In this document: one piece after another, positions 26,314 through 39,598 of the stretch
Layout of the letters: each line of letters opens with the position of its first letter
Numbering within the stretch: position 1 is the stretch's first letter
From: Paraglomus brasilianum
Taxonomy: Eukaryota
Assembly (NCBI GenBank): GCA_910592345.1
Contig: CAJVPI010000186.1
Coordinates: 1 to 44,477 of the forward strand
Direction: 5' to 3'
DNA: 44,477 bases
Notes under the pieces: generated by a model
What the model saw: the letters and a program-made list of their open reading frames with translations, nothing else
Told to the model about the DNA's origin: nothing
The model's database searches: none
Made by a program: the position numbers and the translations under genes

Positions 26314-28238
26314 CTATTCTTTCTTATGATGACCGGAATAGTCATTATCCACTCCATTAGTGCTACCATTTGTCCTCGTCTTTTCCATTGTATCTTTCAG
26401 CATTGCAGTCTCTCCTTGCTGCTTTCCTTCGCCCGCAATTCGTCCCTTTGGTAATACCAAATCCAAGAATATAAGCCCGAATACCACGAAATGGCCAACA
26501 AAATACACACTTCCCCACGCCTGTATACACCATTCGTATCTCAACAACTCGAAAGCTACCATTGCATAATGTAAGGCGCATGTCTGAAGGAACCAGCACA
26601 CTACTCTATATGCTCCCCATACAAGCTTTCCCGAAATACCGTTCTTCACTTTCTTTTCGTACAAACTTTTCTTAATAAACTCGACCCTCTTCGACCAACG
26701 CTTCTCAGCCTCCATATCTACAAACTCTAGGAAAAAGCACATAAAGTACCCGGCATTTAACCCATGCCAAAGAGCTAAAAAGAAAAGAACACCAAGGGAA
26801 GAGATGGTCTTGGATTTGAGAAAGATCAAACGTTTGAAGACGTATATCTTTGCCCATAGGTTAGTGTTTATGTTGAACGACCCAATGATGTCGTTCAGAG
26901 AAGTCGCAAGCTCAAAGCGCAGCTATTTTAAGTAGATTGAAGAAAGGCAAAGATAAAAGGAATGCAGATAACGGGTTTGAAAATAATGATTAGTGTAATT
27001 CGTATAAACATCCAAAGCCAATATTCATCATTCATTCCACTTTCTACTTACTGATTCGACGTTGGCCAATCCGTTCCACTCTGGTTGTCCGTTGTCATCA
27101 AAACCGTTGAATGATATACCCAACAACGCGCACGAACCTTCGACTAATTTCCACACGCCAAGGTACTACACGCGAGAACGAAAAAGATGTGAATATTATA
27201 GCGATCATGCTATCAGTATGAATAACGCGTCGTCGTTGTCATTACTGCTTTATATTTTCAGCGCAAAGAACTTAATACACCCGAATACATCCTCACCCCC
27301 TCTCTCCTTCCCTTTCCCACTTCCCATTAACATCATTCCTTTACCTTACTGAAGGAAAACTTGCCAACCATCCAAAAGTATGTGAATCTATGCAAAGCGT
27401 CCCATTTTGCATACTCCTCGCCCAAAAGCACGTACTGAGGGAAAAACATCTGCCCAATTTGACTGACCAATAGATAAATAGCTCCCCCAGTTATGCATTG
27501 AATAGCGTGCTTATATGATCCCCTGGGTATATGTGATTGATCAGGGTACAAGTGCATATTGATGAAGGATTCATAAAGGCGGTATGAAAACTGAGGTCCC
27601 GTGAGGAAGCCAGTGAAGAAGTGCGCGTAGGCGAGAGTGGAAATGTAAGAGGGTAGAGTAGGAAGGGCAATGTTCTTTTGGAAAGATATTGGAAGTTTAG
27701 GTTGTTTTGCGAGTCGAGTCGTTGATGCGGGCTGGTCATTCGCTGTTGTCTTTTCTGGTTGTGCAGTCTCAGTTGACGCTTTCTTGTTGATCAATTTCGC
27801 TCCGTCCATGTAATCCATAGCGAACCCGATCATCCTCAGACATAACACACATTGAGTCATAGTCCAGTTGATATCGTAATCGTCTGTACTCATGTACTGG
27901 TATCCTACCAGTAAATAAACCAGGTTAAATACGAATACCGCTGCTGCTCCCAATTTTCTGTTCCCTATTTTATCTCCAATGTAACAGGACATCCAAGTGA
28001 CAGTCGTTGTAATTAGAGAATGGATAATATCATGGCCATTGTAGAAGTAAGATAAAGATAAGCCAGCTATTAGAATGTATGATTGGCGTATTGATGCTGC
28101 AGACTTGGATGCGATAGGCCGTAGCAAGAAAATACGGTAGATAACTGCGATTGGGTATGAGAAAATTATAGTGAATAAGAGGCGGAGAGATGGCTCCGGT
28201 ATGCCAGTTTGCTCGCTGAGTGTAGTTATGAAAGTCAT
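26314..28238 (-). CDS. ALE1: Lysophospholipid acyltransferase (MBOAT, Ale1/LPCAT3-like), 3 exons
   Basis: YDINWTMTQCVLCLRMIGFAMDYMDG, FLTGPQFSY, YLGVWKLVEGSC, SFNINTNLWAKIYVFKRL and the catalytic LALWHG motif; C-terminal KKE. Confidence 0.92.
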
Positions 28239-28674
28239 AATAACTGATAGAGATTGTTAGCTTGCAGAGAGTTAAAAAACGACGCTATTTATTGAACGAT
28301 TTAATACAAGACAATTGTATCGAGCGAATGTCAGCCTTTTGTATTGTCCAGCCCGATGACGAAATTTTTATCAAGTTTTTTTCCCGCTGATCTACATTCT
28401 TTTCTGCTGTCAAGTGATAAATGAACCAATGAGCAATAGTATTAAAACCATAACAATGTCTAGAAAATCAATGCCTAAAAACGAATGACAATAACAAACA
28501 AAAATGGCGTAAAAATGCTAGTGCCAGACAATCATTACTAACGCTAATGGGAATTGACTTTATTGCTATTATGCTAAGTAACACCAATCACACGACTCTT
28601 TATTCGTTCACTGTTAATGAACTCCGGTATGAATAAGCTTGACTAAACAATTATTCTAATATCTGATAATACTT

Positions 28675-29449
28675 ATGGCAATGACAATACCAGGAGATAT
28701 TAATGTGATTTTCAAACCGGTCAAGGCATCGGAAATCGACCGAGCACATCAGCTTGAAGCCGACGGTGAGAATATTTAGTAAATTTCACTATTTATTATT
28801 ATTTGATTGTTAATCCACAATCTATTACTTTTTATCGTTAATCCGCTATTATCCTTACGTAATGCTCGATCACATATTCCGTCTCCAACTCGCCATCTCA
28901 TCTTTGCCACTTATCAGGCTTCCCAGCGGATGAAGCAGAATCAATTGACAAGTTTAGATACCGTCAAACTTATTGTCCTCACCTTTTCCTCGGAGCATAT
29001 CTTGCGGATTCTGACCTTCTAATCGGTTACATTGCCGGCACCGGAGCTTCTACTCCAATTATAAGTTTCGACTCGATGAATCGGCATGAACCGGAGGGTC
29101 GAACAGTGTGCATACATTCTGTTTGTGTCGACAAAGCGTACCGGCGTAGAGGACTGGCTTCACGGATGATGAACGAATACGTGGGAAGAATAAGGCAGCA
29201 AGAGATATACGAGAGGGCGGCGTTGCTTAGCCACCAGCATTTGATTCCATTTTATGAAAATCTTGGATTTACGAATTCTGGTGAGAGTAACATTCAGCTT
29301 GGTAAGTGAATTTGAAAATCCGAGTGTTAAAAGTAGCGGAATTGGGAGTTCGGACTGTCGTAAGGTATCTATCAATGTACTGACGATGGTCTTCGTTTGT
29401 AGGTAAGGAAAAGTGGTTTGACCTAATAATGGATCTGAGAACAAAGTAG
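28675..29449 (+). CDS. PAA1: GNAT N-acetyltransferase (Paa1/AANAT-like polyamine acetyltransferase), 3 exons
   Basis: ...AHQLEAD|GFPADEAES..FRYR...PHLFLG...HEPEGRTVCIHSVCVDKAYRRRGLAS...LIPFYENLGF...|GKEKWFDLIMDLRTK*. Confidence 0.88.
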
Positions 29450-30545
29450 CGTAATTGATTAATTTATAAACCAACCTGATAATTATGAGTATCGTAATTA
29501 TAAGGTAGGAATGTAATACTGTGATTACTTTATCATTATTCTTAGCTGTTCTTCTCTTTAACCTACCTGCCTATTATTATTAATCATTAGATTTACGAAT
29601 ATGCCATATTTAAATTCAGTCAGAATTCACTTTTAACAGACCTAATCCATTATCAATAAAGATATTTATATTCTCAATTCTCTGTCTCAAAGCGAAATGG
29701 AATAGGATTGTATAGCGCATTAGAAGGTGTGATGTATGACGCGGCAATCTGCAAGCTTATCAATACTGGTCAAATTACAATTCACTTATTTCATCATCAA
29801 TCGAGAAATGTCGTGTCATTCGAAGGTGAACAAGATGCCTAGCTTTTTCCACTGTGAGCAGTGTAAATGGAGAAAGGGAGTAAAGGAAGCGGTATTAGTT
29901 TCTACAATGTGTCATCCATGCCAAAAATTTAACAGATTCCCTACCTATATTGATTTCATCTAATATCAACGGCCCGTAATCTCTAGAGATGAAAATCCGT
30001 GCCAAAAGTTGTTAGTGACAAAGCCGTAAAAGTGATCGAATTGCTCTCAATGCTTCTTCCACACTTCTGCTTACGGTGACTATGACTTACAAAGTCTGCT
30101 GTATCGGCATCTTCAATGCTATGACCTCGGATCGTAGCCATTAGTTCTCACAGCCCAAATATATTCAGACATCCGCAGTTGGCATCTGTTATTGTGGCAA
30201 TTGTAGCAAATGTGAACACATAATTGAATAAAGATCCTGTTGTAATTGTATTTATTGACTGTTCTCCTAATATCTGGTGAGAACACTAACGGTTGCCGTT
30301 CGATGAAATCTGACTGTAGATTTCGAACGAATAATGTTATTTAAAAGTGTGTACAGTTGATACCTATTGTGTGAATGTTTTGGCAAGCTTGCCTATCATC
30401 ATACTTTGAATCTCCGGAATTACGATTATAATATTTTTTTAGAGACTAATATCAAATCTAATAGTTTGCATTCCTCTGCTACAATGGTTTCGCTATGAGT
30501 TTCTGTCTTAGTTTCAGCAGGCTTGACATGTGTACCTCGGTAACT

Positions 30546-31865
30546 TTAAGTCTTTTGTGAAGTGACTCGCCTATTAACGGCTAATCTTGCAAATAACGCA
30601 AACAAAAGTATTGTGTATTTTGTAGTATATTCCTTGACCCAAAATAATAGGGCCTGTGATAATACAGCCTTGGTAATTTGCGCCTGCATTCCCTACAAGG
30701 TAGAAAAATGAAACAAAATGAGCCACCATTACGTGTCGAGTTAATAGTCACATCCAAAACTCTTGTCCCTCCTTTACGGTCATTTCATACCTTGTACCAA
30801 CCAAAAAATCCGTCAGCAATCCAAACTTTCTTCAATACGTCTATTGCTCCGTTGTATCTCACGTCCTGTTTCTTGCTGATAACTCCCTTTCTCTTCTCCG
30901 TCGATCTGTCCTCATAATCACTTTCCTCGAGTTCAATCTCGTCTTCAAGCTTCTCTACCGATGATTTCGGTAATTTCCACTGCAGCCTCACTTTTGCCAT
31001 AATATAAGGATACGTCACAACAGTTGCTATAGTCTTACTCAAAGCACCTAACAGGAAAGCCATTCTTGGTGAAAGATCACCATCTTTTGATCCAATTGAC
31101 TTCAATCGCTCAAACATTCCGTAAGTAATGGCTGGATTTACACATAACACCATGGAAGGTTTTAGTCCCTTCCATAATCCGGTTATCCCATCTTCACTTA
31201 TAATCTCTTCCGCTGTCCCTAACAAGTCTCGTCTCTCCTCTTTATCTGCTGTTTGTTGACGCGTAGTTACTACTGATACTGGAATGGTAAATATTTGAGC
31301 CAGTATTGCAGCCAGAGCACTTAATAGCAGCTCGGCAGCGGTAGAAATGGTTGGGTACCTCCGTTGATAGCGTGTACGGATGAAAGAATACCAGTAAAAA
31401 TACGCAAAATTAGTAGATGCAACGCCAATCAGACCAGCTGGCAGGCCAGTGTATAAGCCGAGTAGGCCTTCTGATTTTACGATTTGTTGTATTGCATCAA
31501 AAGTTGAGTCGTAATATGGCGTGCTTGATGAGAGAGATTTTGATTGTACCTGGAGGCGAGTTTTTATGCTAGTTAAACGTTGAAAAAGAAAGTGAGAAAT
31601 TCAAACATTTCTGTACAGTTGCAACACATCTTTCATAAATTATTGTTAGAATAGTACATATGACATTAGGTCTTCGCAATTCCACTCGGCACACAAATAC
31701 CATTCGTTTAGCTTACATGTCTAAGGGATAAGTGACCGCTAGGGAAAATAAAGCCCCAAGGGCTCCTGCTACGGCATGTCCAAATGGTGATAATTGTTGT
31801 TCTGATGATGATGATGGTGGTGGTGGTGGTGGGTTCACAGGTAAAGTTATTAGAGAAGTAGCCAT
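30546..31865 (-). CDS. ANT1: Peroxisomal adenine nucleotide carrier (SLC25 family, Ant1/PMP47-like), 3 exons
   Basis: PFGHAVAGALG...VTYPLD|IKTRLQVQ, STNFAYFYWYSF, TIPVSVVTTRQQ, GLWKGLKPSMVLCVNPAITYG, TYPYIMAKVRLQW, GMQAQITKAVLSQALLF; three carrier repeats. Confidence 0.9.
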
Positions 31866-32602
31866 TGGTGATGTCGATGAAAGTGAAAAGGAAAACTTGA
31901 GAAGAGCTGTTGTTGTGGAGGTGGGTGGAAACGCATATTATTGTGGAGTATCAACGTATGTAATTGAAGAAAATGATCCATATAAAAATGGGTTCATCAT
32001 CAGAACTTAGATCATTTCCGTTTTGTTAAGGCTTTAAGATGTCTTTTCTGATTAATTTATTCAGATTCCATTAACTAAATGGTGCTGAACGATTGCAATT
32101 ATCAAGAGATTCGTCAAAGATCGCTAGGCGGCTTCGCCGTTCTGGCTCATGTAATTTGCTTTCGCCTCACCTTTCAGTAAGTTTTCAAGTGACAATCTCA
32201 TTAAATAACGCTTGATAATATGATTACATTTACGTAAACTGGCGCAAAAATCCACGTACAAGTATTATCCAAATTTAGTACAGGTGAAAGACCAAACCGA
32301 AAGGGGAAAAATCCCTTGCCCTTGATGTTAAGTTTTTTATAATACAAAAAAAAATTTGTCACGGTTGTTACTATTGTCTTGTTTAGAAAAGTCAAGTTCG
32401 GGCGGTCGCCCCTTGTGAACAGTTATAATACAAAAATACATTGATGTGTTGAAATGAATAGGTACAAATAATAATACATGCAAATCGATACTAATGATAG
32501 TACAACAGCCTCTCTTTAAGTTAAATTATATCACCAAGTCCATATTATTACTATTGTCAATTAATGCTAATTATTATCCCTAACTGTCCATAAATTTCTT
32601 GT

Positions 32603-34741
32603 TTATCGTCCATTATTCATCTGACAGTGATGACAATTACAATGCTCATTGCCTGGAATTAATTCACCTGAAATGTGATGTCTATGCCGAGGTCGAGAAT
32701 GTTGGATGTGATGCTCCTGATACTAGAAGCCGAATTAAATAAGCAATGACATGTCAACCATACAAAAGTCTAGTATTCAATCACTAAAAAACATGCTCTC
32801 TACTTACCCGACTTCCCTCATCATCCCTATACGCCCGGTTTTGTGTTGTGGAATACTCGGTTGGAGAGAAGCTATATCGATGGTAGTCTTTATGAGTGGA
32901 TACAGGAATACTTCGATGCTCTCCACTGAAGCGAGCGGCCATATCACTCACACGGCCGTATGATGTGGCTGGAAGTTCCGATGAGGAACTTGGCGGCGAG
33001 GACTGAAAATAGGAATAGAAGAAATTAGCTCTCAACTAAATCCACTAAATCAAACAAACTCCCACTTTCACAAAAAAAAAAAAAGAGCAACTAGACTCAC
33101 CACACGCCGATCAGCATTCCCAGACGCCATAAACTTGTCTCTGATGACAGCAACGTAACCATCTTTCTTCGGCAATTCCATAGTATACGCTCTTCGCGAA
33201 TAGGCATCATAACCTCTTTCCGGTGATCTTTCTCTGTAAGTAGACGACGGCACATTCACAACCTCTTTTCGCGGATACCTTTCGTATCCATACTGTTGCT
33301 GTTGTATATCAGGTTCCCTGCGCCTTATAACATGATCATACACCGTATATTCTCCATCATCTTCATTATCTACATACCGACTGCGCTCAGACGGAGATTG
33401 AGGATATCGCGTGGGTGACATATTACCGCGTCGAATGGGTTCAGATGGGTGAGATATAAACCGCGATAAAGGCGAGCTTGAAAGAGCAGAGGAGGGAGCA
33501 GATTTAAGATCGTCAGGTTCGAAATCATAAAGGCCTTGGTGATGATTCGAATACTGTATTGGCGAAGGTGGTTGATCAAAGTAGTCCCCGCGACCGTCGT
33601 CCCGTCGGGATACTGAGCTACGGTAGGGACTACCGTGGAGCGCTTCGTAACGTCGGTAATCAGGCTCTCGTCGGCTGACATCGATTCTGTCCAAATTATT
33701 CCTCATAGTAACTCTTTTATCAGCATTTCTGCTTCCATCTTCGTCCACTTCGGCCTCTCCATCGCTGTCTCTCCTTTCCACATCTCTCCTATCCACTTCT
33801 TTCCTTTTAACAATCCTTTTCTGAATTTCACCCCTATAATTTTCTTGCTTCATTGTAACACCGAATTCCTTTTGTCTCTCGTCAATCTCATAGTCATCTC
33901 CATTCGTGTGTCCATAACCTTTTTGCTCTTCATCCTTGTTAGTCTCAACGGCTTCAGCATTCTTTTTTCCACTATCTTCTTCCTTTTCATTGACTTCTAC
34001 CTCCAACTTTGCCTTTACCTCTGGCTTAATCGATCTTTGAATAGTTTCAATTTTTTCTTTTCCTCGTCGCTCTCCCCCAGCGGGCTTGGTGCCCACACGA
34101 GCAATAGCTGATGTAGCTATATTCAATAGTCTTGTTCGTGTGTTCGGAGAGTTGGATGAAGACTCGGTCGGACTATCTTTCTTGGCATGAAATGAAGAAA
34201 AACCAGTGAGGTTGGCTAACTCGGCGGCATAAAGGCGATCAGATTTTTCCATTGTAGCGGCGGATGTAAAGTTTGAGGTTATTGAAGGGGGAGAGGCATT
34301 TATTTCTTTCGTCTCGGGTGTGCCATCTTGCCTTTTTCTCGAGTCGCCAGCCGTTGTTGAAGTAGAGAGGTATGTTTCGCTTTCTTGGTCGGATTTAACT
34401 ACTAGTTTCTCAATTTTCGCTGTGTCGTTCTTCGCCTCACTCTCACCGGCATTGTTGTCATTCGTTTTTCTTTCATCTTCCTCCTGTACCTTCTCAACAT
34501 CCGTGTTCTCAACCTCTTCATTTATTGTCTTCACGTTCTCCTCCGACTCGGCGTTTTTATCTTTGTCTTTATCACCATCCCCGTTTCCCAAATGTTCTAA
34601 ATCTCTCCCCAACCCATGTTCTGTAATGACTGACGCTTCTCTGACTTTTCTTCCGACTTCATCCCTCATAAAAGGATGATCCTCAGGATGAATTCCGATC
34701 GAAAATCGTGAAATTAAATCTGCTGTCGACTTTACGCTCAT
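32603..34741 (-). CDS. Intact 3' part of a large low-complexity protein gene (557-aa ORF plus two exons), ending in a His/Cys-rich tail
   Basis: ORF 33068-34741 with a gtgagt donor near 33100; exon SSPPSSS...DDEGSR|gtaagt; last exon YQEHHIQH...EHCNCHHCQMNNGR*. Confidence 0.7.
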
Positions 34742-35960
34742 GGCTGATTAGGTGATGCAGGAGATGGGGGAGATGTTGGTGAATTAATAAGGGACTCCGC
34801 TCGAGGAAGGATCGTCAGTTGAGGGGGAAACTGGTTAGATGAAGATATACTGGAGGTGTCACTGGACTTGCATTGGTGATAGAATCTGATGTACTTGATT
34901 GCAAAGAGTCAAGTCTATCAAAGGATAATTTCAACTCAGTCTCAGTAGATGCAGGTTTGACATTAGAGACATTAGACGACGGAAGTTGGATAACGCCGAC
35001 TGTAGGAGGACGTGCAGGAGGAATGGGAAATGATAGCGATTCCTCTGTGAAAGCGGGATTGGAATCGAGAGACTGAGACGATAATTGCCCATTTGAAGTG
35101 AGTTGTTTTGAAGAAGCGGTAGACGAATAAGATTCGCGGGACGATTGATCTCCTAAGAGAGATGATTGTGACGCTTGTGATGCAGTGTTTATTTTTGAGG
35201 AAATTTTGTATAGAGATTCTGATTGTGTCTGCCATTAAAGATTTGTTATTATTTGACCGAACGATAAAAGAGCAAGCAATCAAAAGGTAATAATTTCAAA
35301 AATTTAAATTTATCGAGGACGCTCATTCGTACCTGTTCAACGTCGTCACCTTTATTATCAGTATCAATTAAGTCATTTAATTCTTGAAGAGGAGGCATAT
35401 TTTCTCCAGCGAATGGGCCCCCATTCTTTCATTTTCGTGACATTTGGTCCGCATTTCTTCAACGAATCATTAAAAGACGCAAACCGTGCCTCAGCCAGGC
35501 GACACACTATCTGCGCTATCGTCGAATATACTTTTCTCGTTGAGTAAGCTGAATTGTATATTCCTTACGTTTTTGGGCAATCTTGACGTTAGCGTAGATA
35601 TATACTTCTATATAAAGAATGCCATAAGTGAAGTAGCAGAATGAGTAAAATCATTTTGGTGAATACGGTCTACTTACTTCATGGGATTCAACAACAGCCT
35701 TGTTATCCCTCTTTGTTTGTTTTTCATAGTCCTTGCCAGTTTTTTTTACTAGTCTGTCGAGATCGGCCACGCTGTTGTCATGAGCTCGCTCATTTTTCTT
35801 TTAAGAATTTCAATGGTAATTTAAGGCATTCATATTTACAATTACACAGATAAATGAATGTTAATCACCAAGACAACGTAAGGACTTACATGCTCATAAA
35901 GTTTTGGGATTGTCACCTTTTGATTTTATCGTGACTCGTACTAAGTACATTCGCCCAACA
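34742..35960 (-). pseudogene. Frameshifted 5' exons of the same gene; helical, possibly BAR/IMD-like domain
   Basis: Exons with good splice sites (KNERAHDNSVADLDRLVKK...; KIAQKRKEYTIQLTQREK; STIAQIVCRLAEARFASFNDSLKKCG; MPPLQELNDL), but the coherent text needs frame changes. TGA at 35491-35493 in the spliced frame. Confidence 0.5.
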
Positions 35961-36222
35961 TTCTCCGCTAGTACTAATATTAATAACTCGGAATCTACTC
36001 GTTTAGCACGAGGTTTTAATACACGGCACGATTTGATAATTTGAGAGTAGTGCTGGTAATCTTATTATGTGACAGTGATGCAGACTTTACTACTTATAGT
36101 AATAATAAAACCGTCGTTTAGCTTCAGAAATCACGATTCTCACATTAGCTCCAAACTTTTTTGATGTACATATATGAATAGGGTATCTGTCACCGACAAT
36201 TAACTTACCAAAAAAGGAGGAT

Positions 36223-36320
36223 GGCTAAAGCGGAGTAGAACGTGACCTGATTCTTGCAATTACATTGGTCAAATTTGTTTATCAACCAATGAAATTGTAA
36301 AAAACTACTCCGCTTTAGCC
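36223..36320. repeat. Perfect 16-bp inverted repeat with a 66-bp spacer
   Basis: GGCTAAAGCGGAGTAG (36223-36238) and CTACTCCGCTTTAGCC (36305-36320). Confidence 0.9.
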
Positions 36321-38179
36321 TACCCCCAAAAAAGGATAACTTCGAAATAATGTTGGTGAATATTTGTGATTGTCGATTCCCCTTATTAAGACATAATCGT
36401 TGTTGCGCTGAAGGCGAAAATTGCGTTGATTAAAACGAAATCGGAAGTTTGGGGTCTTCTTGGATCCTCTTTTAATGTCTCTGAAACCCACATATACTCT
36501 TCTATTAATTTTCATTTTAATCCGATTTTAATCTGTCACAATATTTGAAAACGATCTGCTCGCTGATATGTTGAAGGAAGAAACGATTAGGGATCAACAA
36601 TGGACGGCGTTGTGGTATACAATAATTACAATTCGACTCCAAGCTTTGCCACATGTACCATCAGTTGACATTACATTTGCGCTTGAGCATTCCTTCCTGC
36701 GAGTGATGAGACATATGTTCTATGTGTTTTAAGCATCATATAAAAAGACTGTTTATTTGCAGCACAATCGGACTTGTCATTTGGGGAAGATAATAGCCCC
36801 TTACTACTTTGTCTTCATTAGACTATTTGCCACCGCAACAATCATTTTGAAACCAAAATCAGAAAAATACAACATTATTCAAACTCAAAACGAAACGATT
36901 ATGTAATTTTATCTTTAACTTTATTAATATTAAGATTTACATGATTGCATATTTTACAACATTGAATTCGCGTTGAGGATCGTTCCTGCAGTTCTTTATA
37001 TTTGCAGAAGGAGCCGGTGCTAGTCATACAGAACTGTCATTAGTTGTGCGTAAGCTTAGATTAAAAGGCTCTTTAAAGGGCTCTGACATACAACATCTTC
37101 GACGACATTTCTGCAGTTGGCATTGATAGAATGCCGATGTTGTATTTTATTTTGGTAAGGTGTGATTACACAATGAAGGTATCAACGTACAATACATGAG
37201 TGATGAATATTATTCATGAGAATAGCAATGGCGTATTGCGAGTTGGAAAAAAAACTCTTAAATATTTTATGGGATAAATAAGGGTTTAAAATAGAAACCA
37301 AAACAGAACAAATATCACATCAATTATCACAGTTGTAGTATTATTATAAATATACATGATAATACAAGGTAGTAATTGTTGATTTATATATTATATCAAT
37401 TTATATACGATGTTTCATTTTCGCCGAGATAAGCATTTGCATGACTATGATTTTGTTCGCTGCCACACAAAGAATTCTTACCCCAAACTATTGCGTGAAA
37501 AGAAAATACCAATCGAATTTCTAATGATGGGTGTGCAAATGCACGGTATTTGGCCAGGGTATCCAGAGACGCCACAGAACTACAGATGCCATGATATAGT
37601 ATTGCTTGTGATGAATGCGTTTTACCGACTCAATCACCGAAGAATTCAATCGGCTGATACACCATAATTTGATTCTCTCTGGACGCTCTTCAAAGAATCT
37701 GTTGCGTATGGTATACATCTATTGCCACATTTGAATGTTCAAAAGAGTTCTAGCAAATCAACAATATTAATTTTAATAGGCAGAACTTTAATTTGTCAAG
37801 AGTAAATTTTAGGGAAAGGTTGAGTAGTTGGCATGAAAATACTGGCAATGGCTGCGTATTGAGCTAATTAATCTCTTCGAATCTATAGTCGATATTACAG
37901 GTTTTTCGGTTATCACTGTATTACGCGAGAATGAGATTTTCATGGTCACGACACGTTTTATTGAACACATGATCTATGCTAAATTAGTTATTTTGTACAC
38001 AGGATACGCGTATAACATATGGCGACTCAAAAACAAAAAATGTCTTCTACTACTAAAAAACTTCTCTCTAATTATTTTAAAGCCCATGATAACAAAACCC
38101 CGTTAGTTGACCCTGACGGCGTTTTTAACTTTTTTAATTGGCAAAATACATCTCTACTCTTACCGATAACCCTTTTGTT

Positions 38180-38990
38180 GGTCGAGTTCCTTCCCCCCTC
38201 CAAATCCCTTCTCTCCCTAATAAGATTATCTTCGAGAAGACCCATTCTCATAACAAACAAGTTTAGGCAATAGCAATCCTGTGCCCAACAGATAGCTATT
38301 GCTGCTGGAATTCAACGACCTCCGCAGCGTCAGTTTTTTCCCAGAAGAAAGTTTTCTTCAACTGCAACTGTTTGATTTTGACTAGTCGTTGGACAATAGA
38401 CTCGATGGCTACTGATGACTCGACAACTGCTATGTAAACTGACTCTAGAGACTGGGCCGACAAATGGACGCATATATAAGTAAAATTCTTGATCGTCGAG
38501 GACGAATCTTCCTTTCAAAAACATCTTTCCAGCTCTCCTATTACCTTGAATGACAAAACCGTTCACCTCACCCCACCAAGAGATTTTCCCAGACAAACCC
38601 TGGTTATCCATCTTCATGGACTCCCTATTGTTGAAAAAGAAATTATCGGCACTTCTATTACCAAAGCCAATATTGCAATGTTAAACAAGTTGCACCAACC
38701 AGTTGTTATCACTGACATTTGATATTCTTACTACCAAATGGGATGTCATTGTTGAAACCATTACTGACAAAAATATTCCTGTATGTACACCAAGTTGTTC
38801 AATCATCAAATCAACATCACCAACTCTGTCTTATACAAACATCTCCGGCTCTGTGACACATCGGGACTTTGTCAGATTTACTTAAACGCTCACTTCATTA
38901 CCAGAATTTCGTTAATTTATAATAAACCTCGATGACCAATACATTCACTTATCAATAACCTCATGGCTACCGAAAAACGTCGAAACAAAC
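38180..38990 (+). mobile_element. Probable LINE ORF1 (gag-like) remnant
   Basis: C/T/A-rich decayed coding text (PITLNDKTVHLTPPRDFPRQTLVIHLHGLP...TTKWDVIVE) reminiscent of non-LTR ORF1; same strand bias as the LINE at 43.4-44.3 kb. Confidence 0.4.
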
Positions 38991-39092
38991 GCTCAGTAAC
39001 AAAAAACGACGTTATTAATCTCGACGGAATTGCGCAGTGCAGATTGTGCGCAGCAAGAATGACCATATTAGGACGAAATTTCTGACCAACGT

Positions 39093-39598
39093 CCAAAAAG
39101 TCGATATAACGGACCGTCGATATAACGGATTTTGCCTTATACGGACTTTTTTGTTGGAACGGAATTTTTACCAAGTACTATAGCGGACTTTTATATTAAA
39201 CACTGATATAACGGATAATCCGGACTAATTTGCCCGAACACATTTAATTTAGCTTAGCTCGATATAACGGATTTTGTGTAACGAAGTCCGTTATACACAA
39301 TTAAAGATTCTTCGCTACACATATCTAGCAAATTTACAAACTTAACATAATGTCGACTTATGGCCCTATCACGCATTGAACAAAAGAGGCAGACAAATAT
39401 TGACAAGTTTTTACATTCGAGTCTTAAGTTGAATTTATCGTTAGGTTTTATGCCACATATTAAAGACCGTCGTTATAACGGATTTTTTGCAAGTTTAGTT
39501 AAGAGTCCGGTATAAAACTCACTGTTCGATGTAACGGGCCGTCAATATAACGGACAAAAGTGCTGGTCCCGAGCGGTCCGTTATATCGACTTTCACTG
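39093..39598. mobile_element. pogo/Tigger-like MITE (~0.5 kb)
   Basis: AAAGTCGATATAACGGACCG (39097-39116) is inverted at CGGTCCGTTATATCGACTTTCACTG (39574-39598); many internal GATATAACGG subrepeats. Confidence 0.8.

Noticed and set aside
33635..35076. Plus-strand ORFs (158, 119 and 67 aa)
   Set aside because: Antisense shadows of the large minus-strand gene.
37410..37718. Overlapping 85-aa and 65-aa ORFs
   Set aside because: No recognisable motif or gene structure.
39097..39598. Repeated GATATAACGG units as a CRISPR-like array
   Set aside because: Irregular spacing, both orientations and bounding TIRs indicate MITE subterminal repeats; no cas genes are present.
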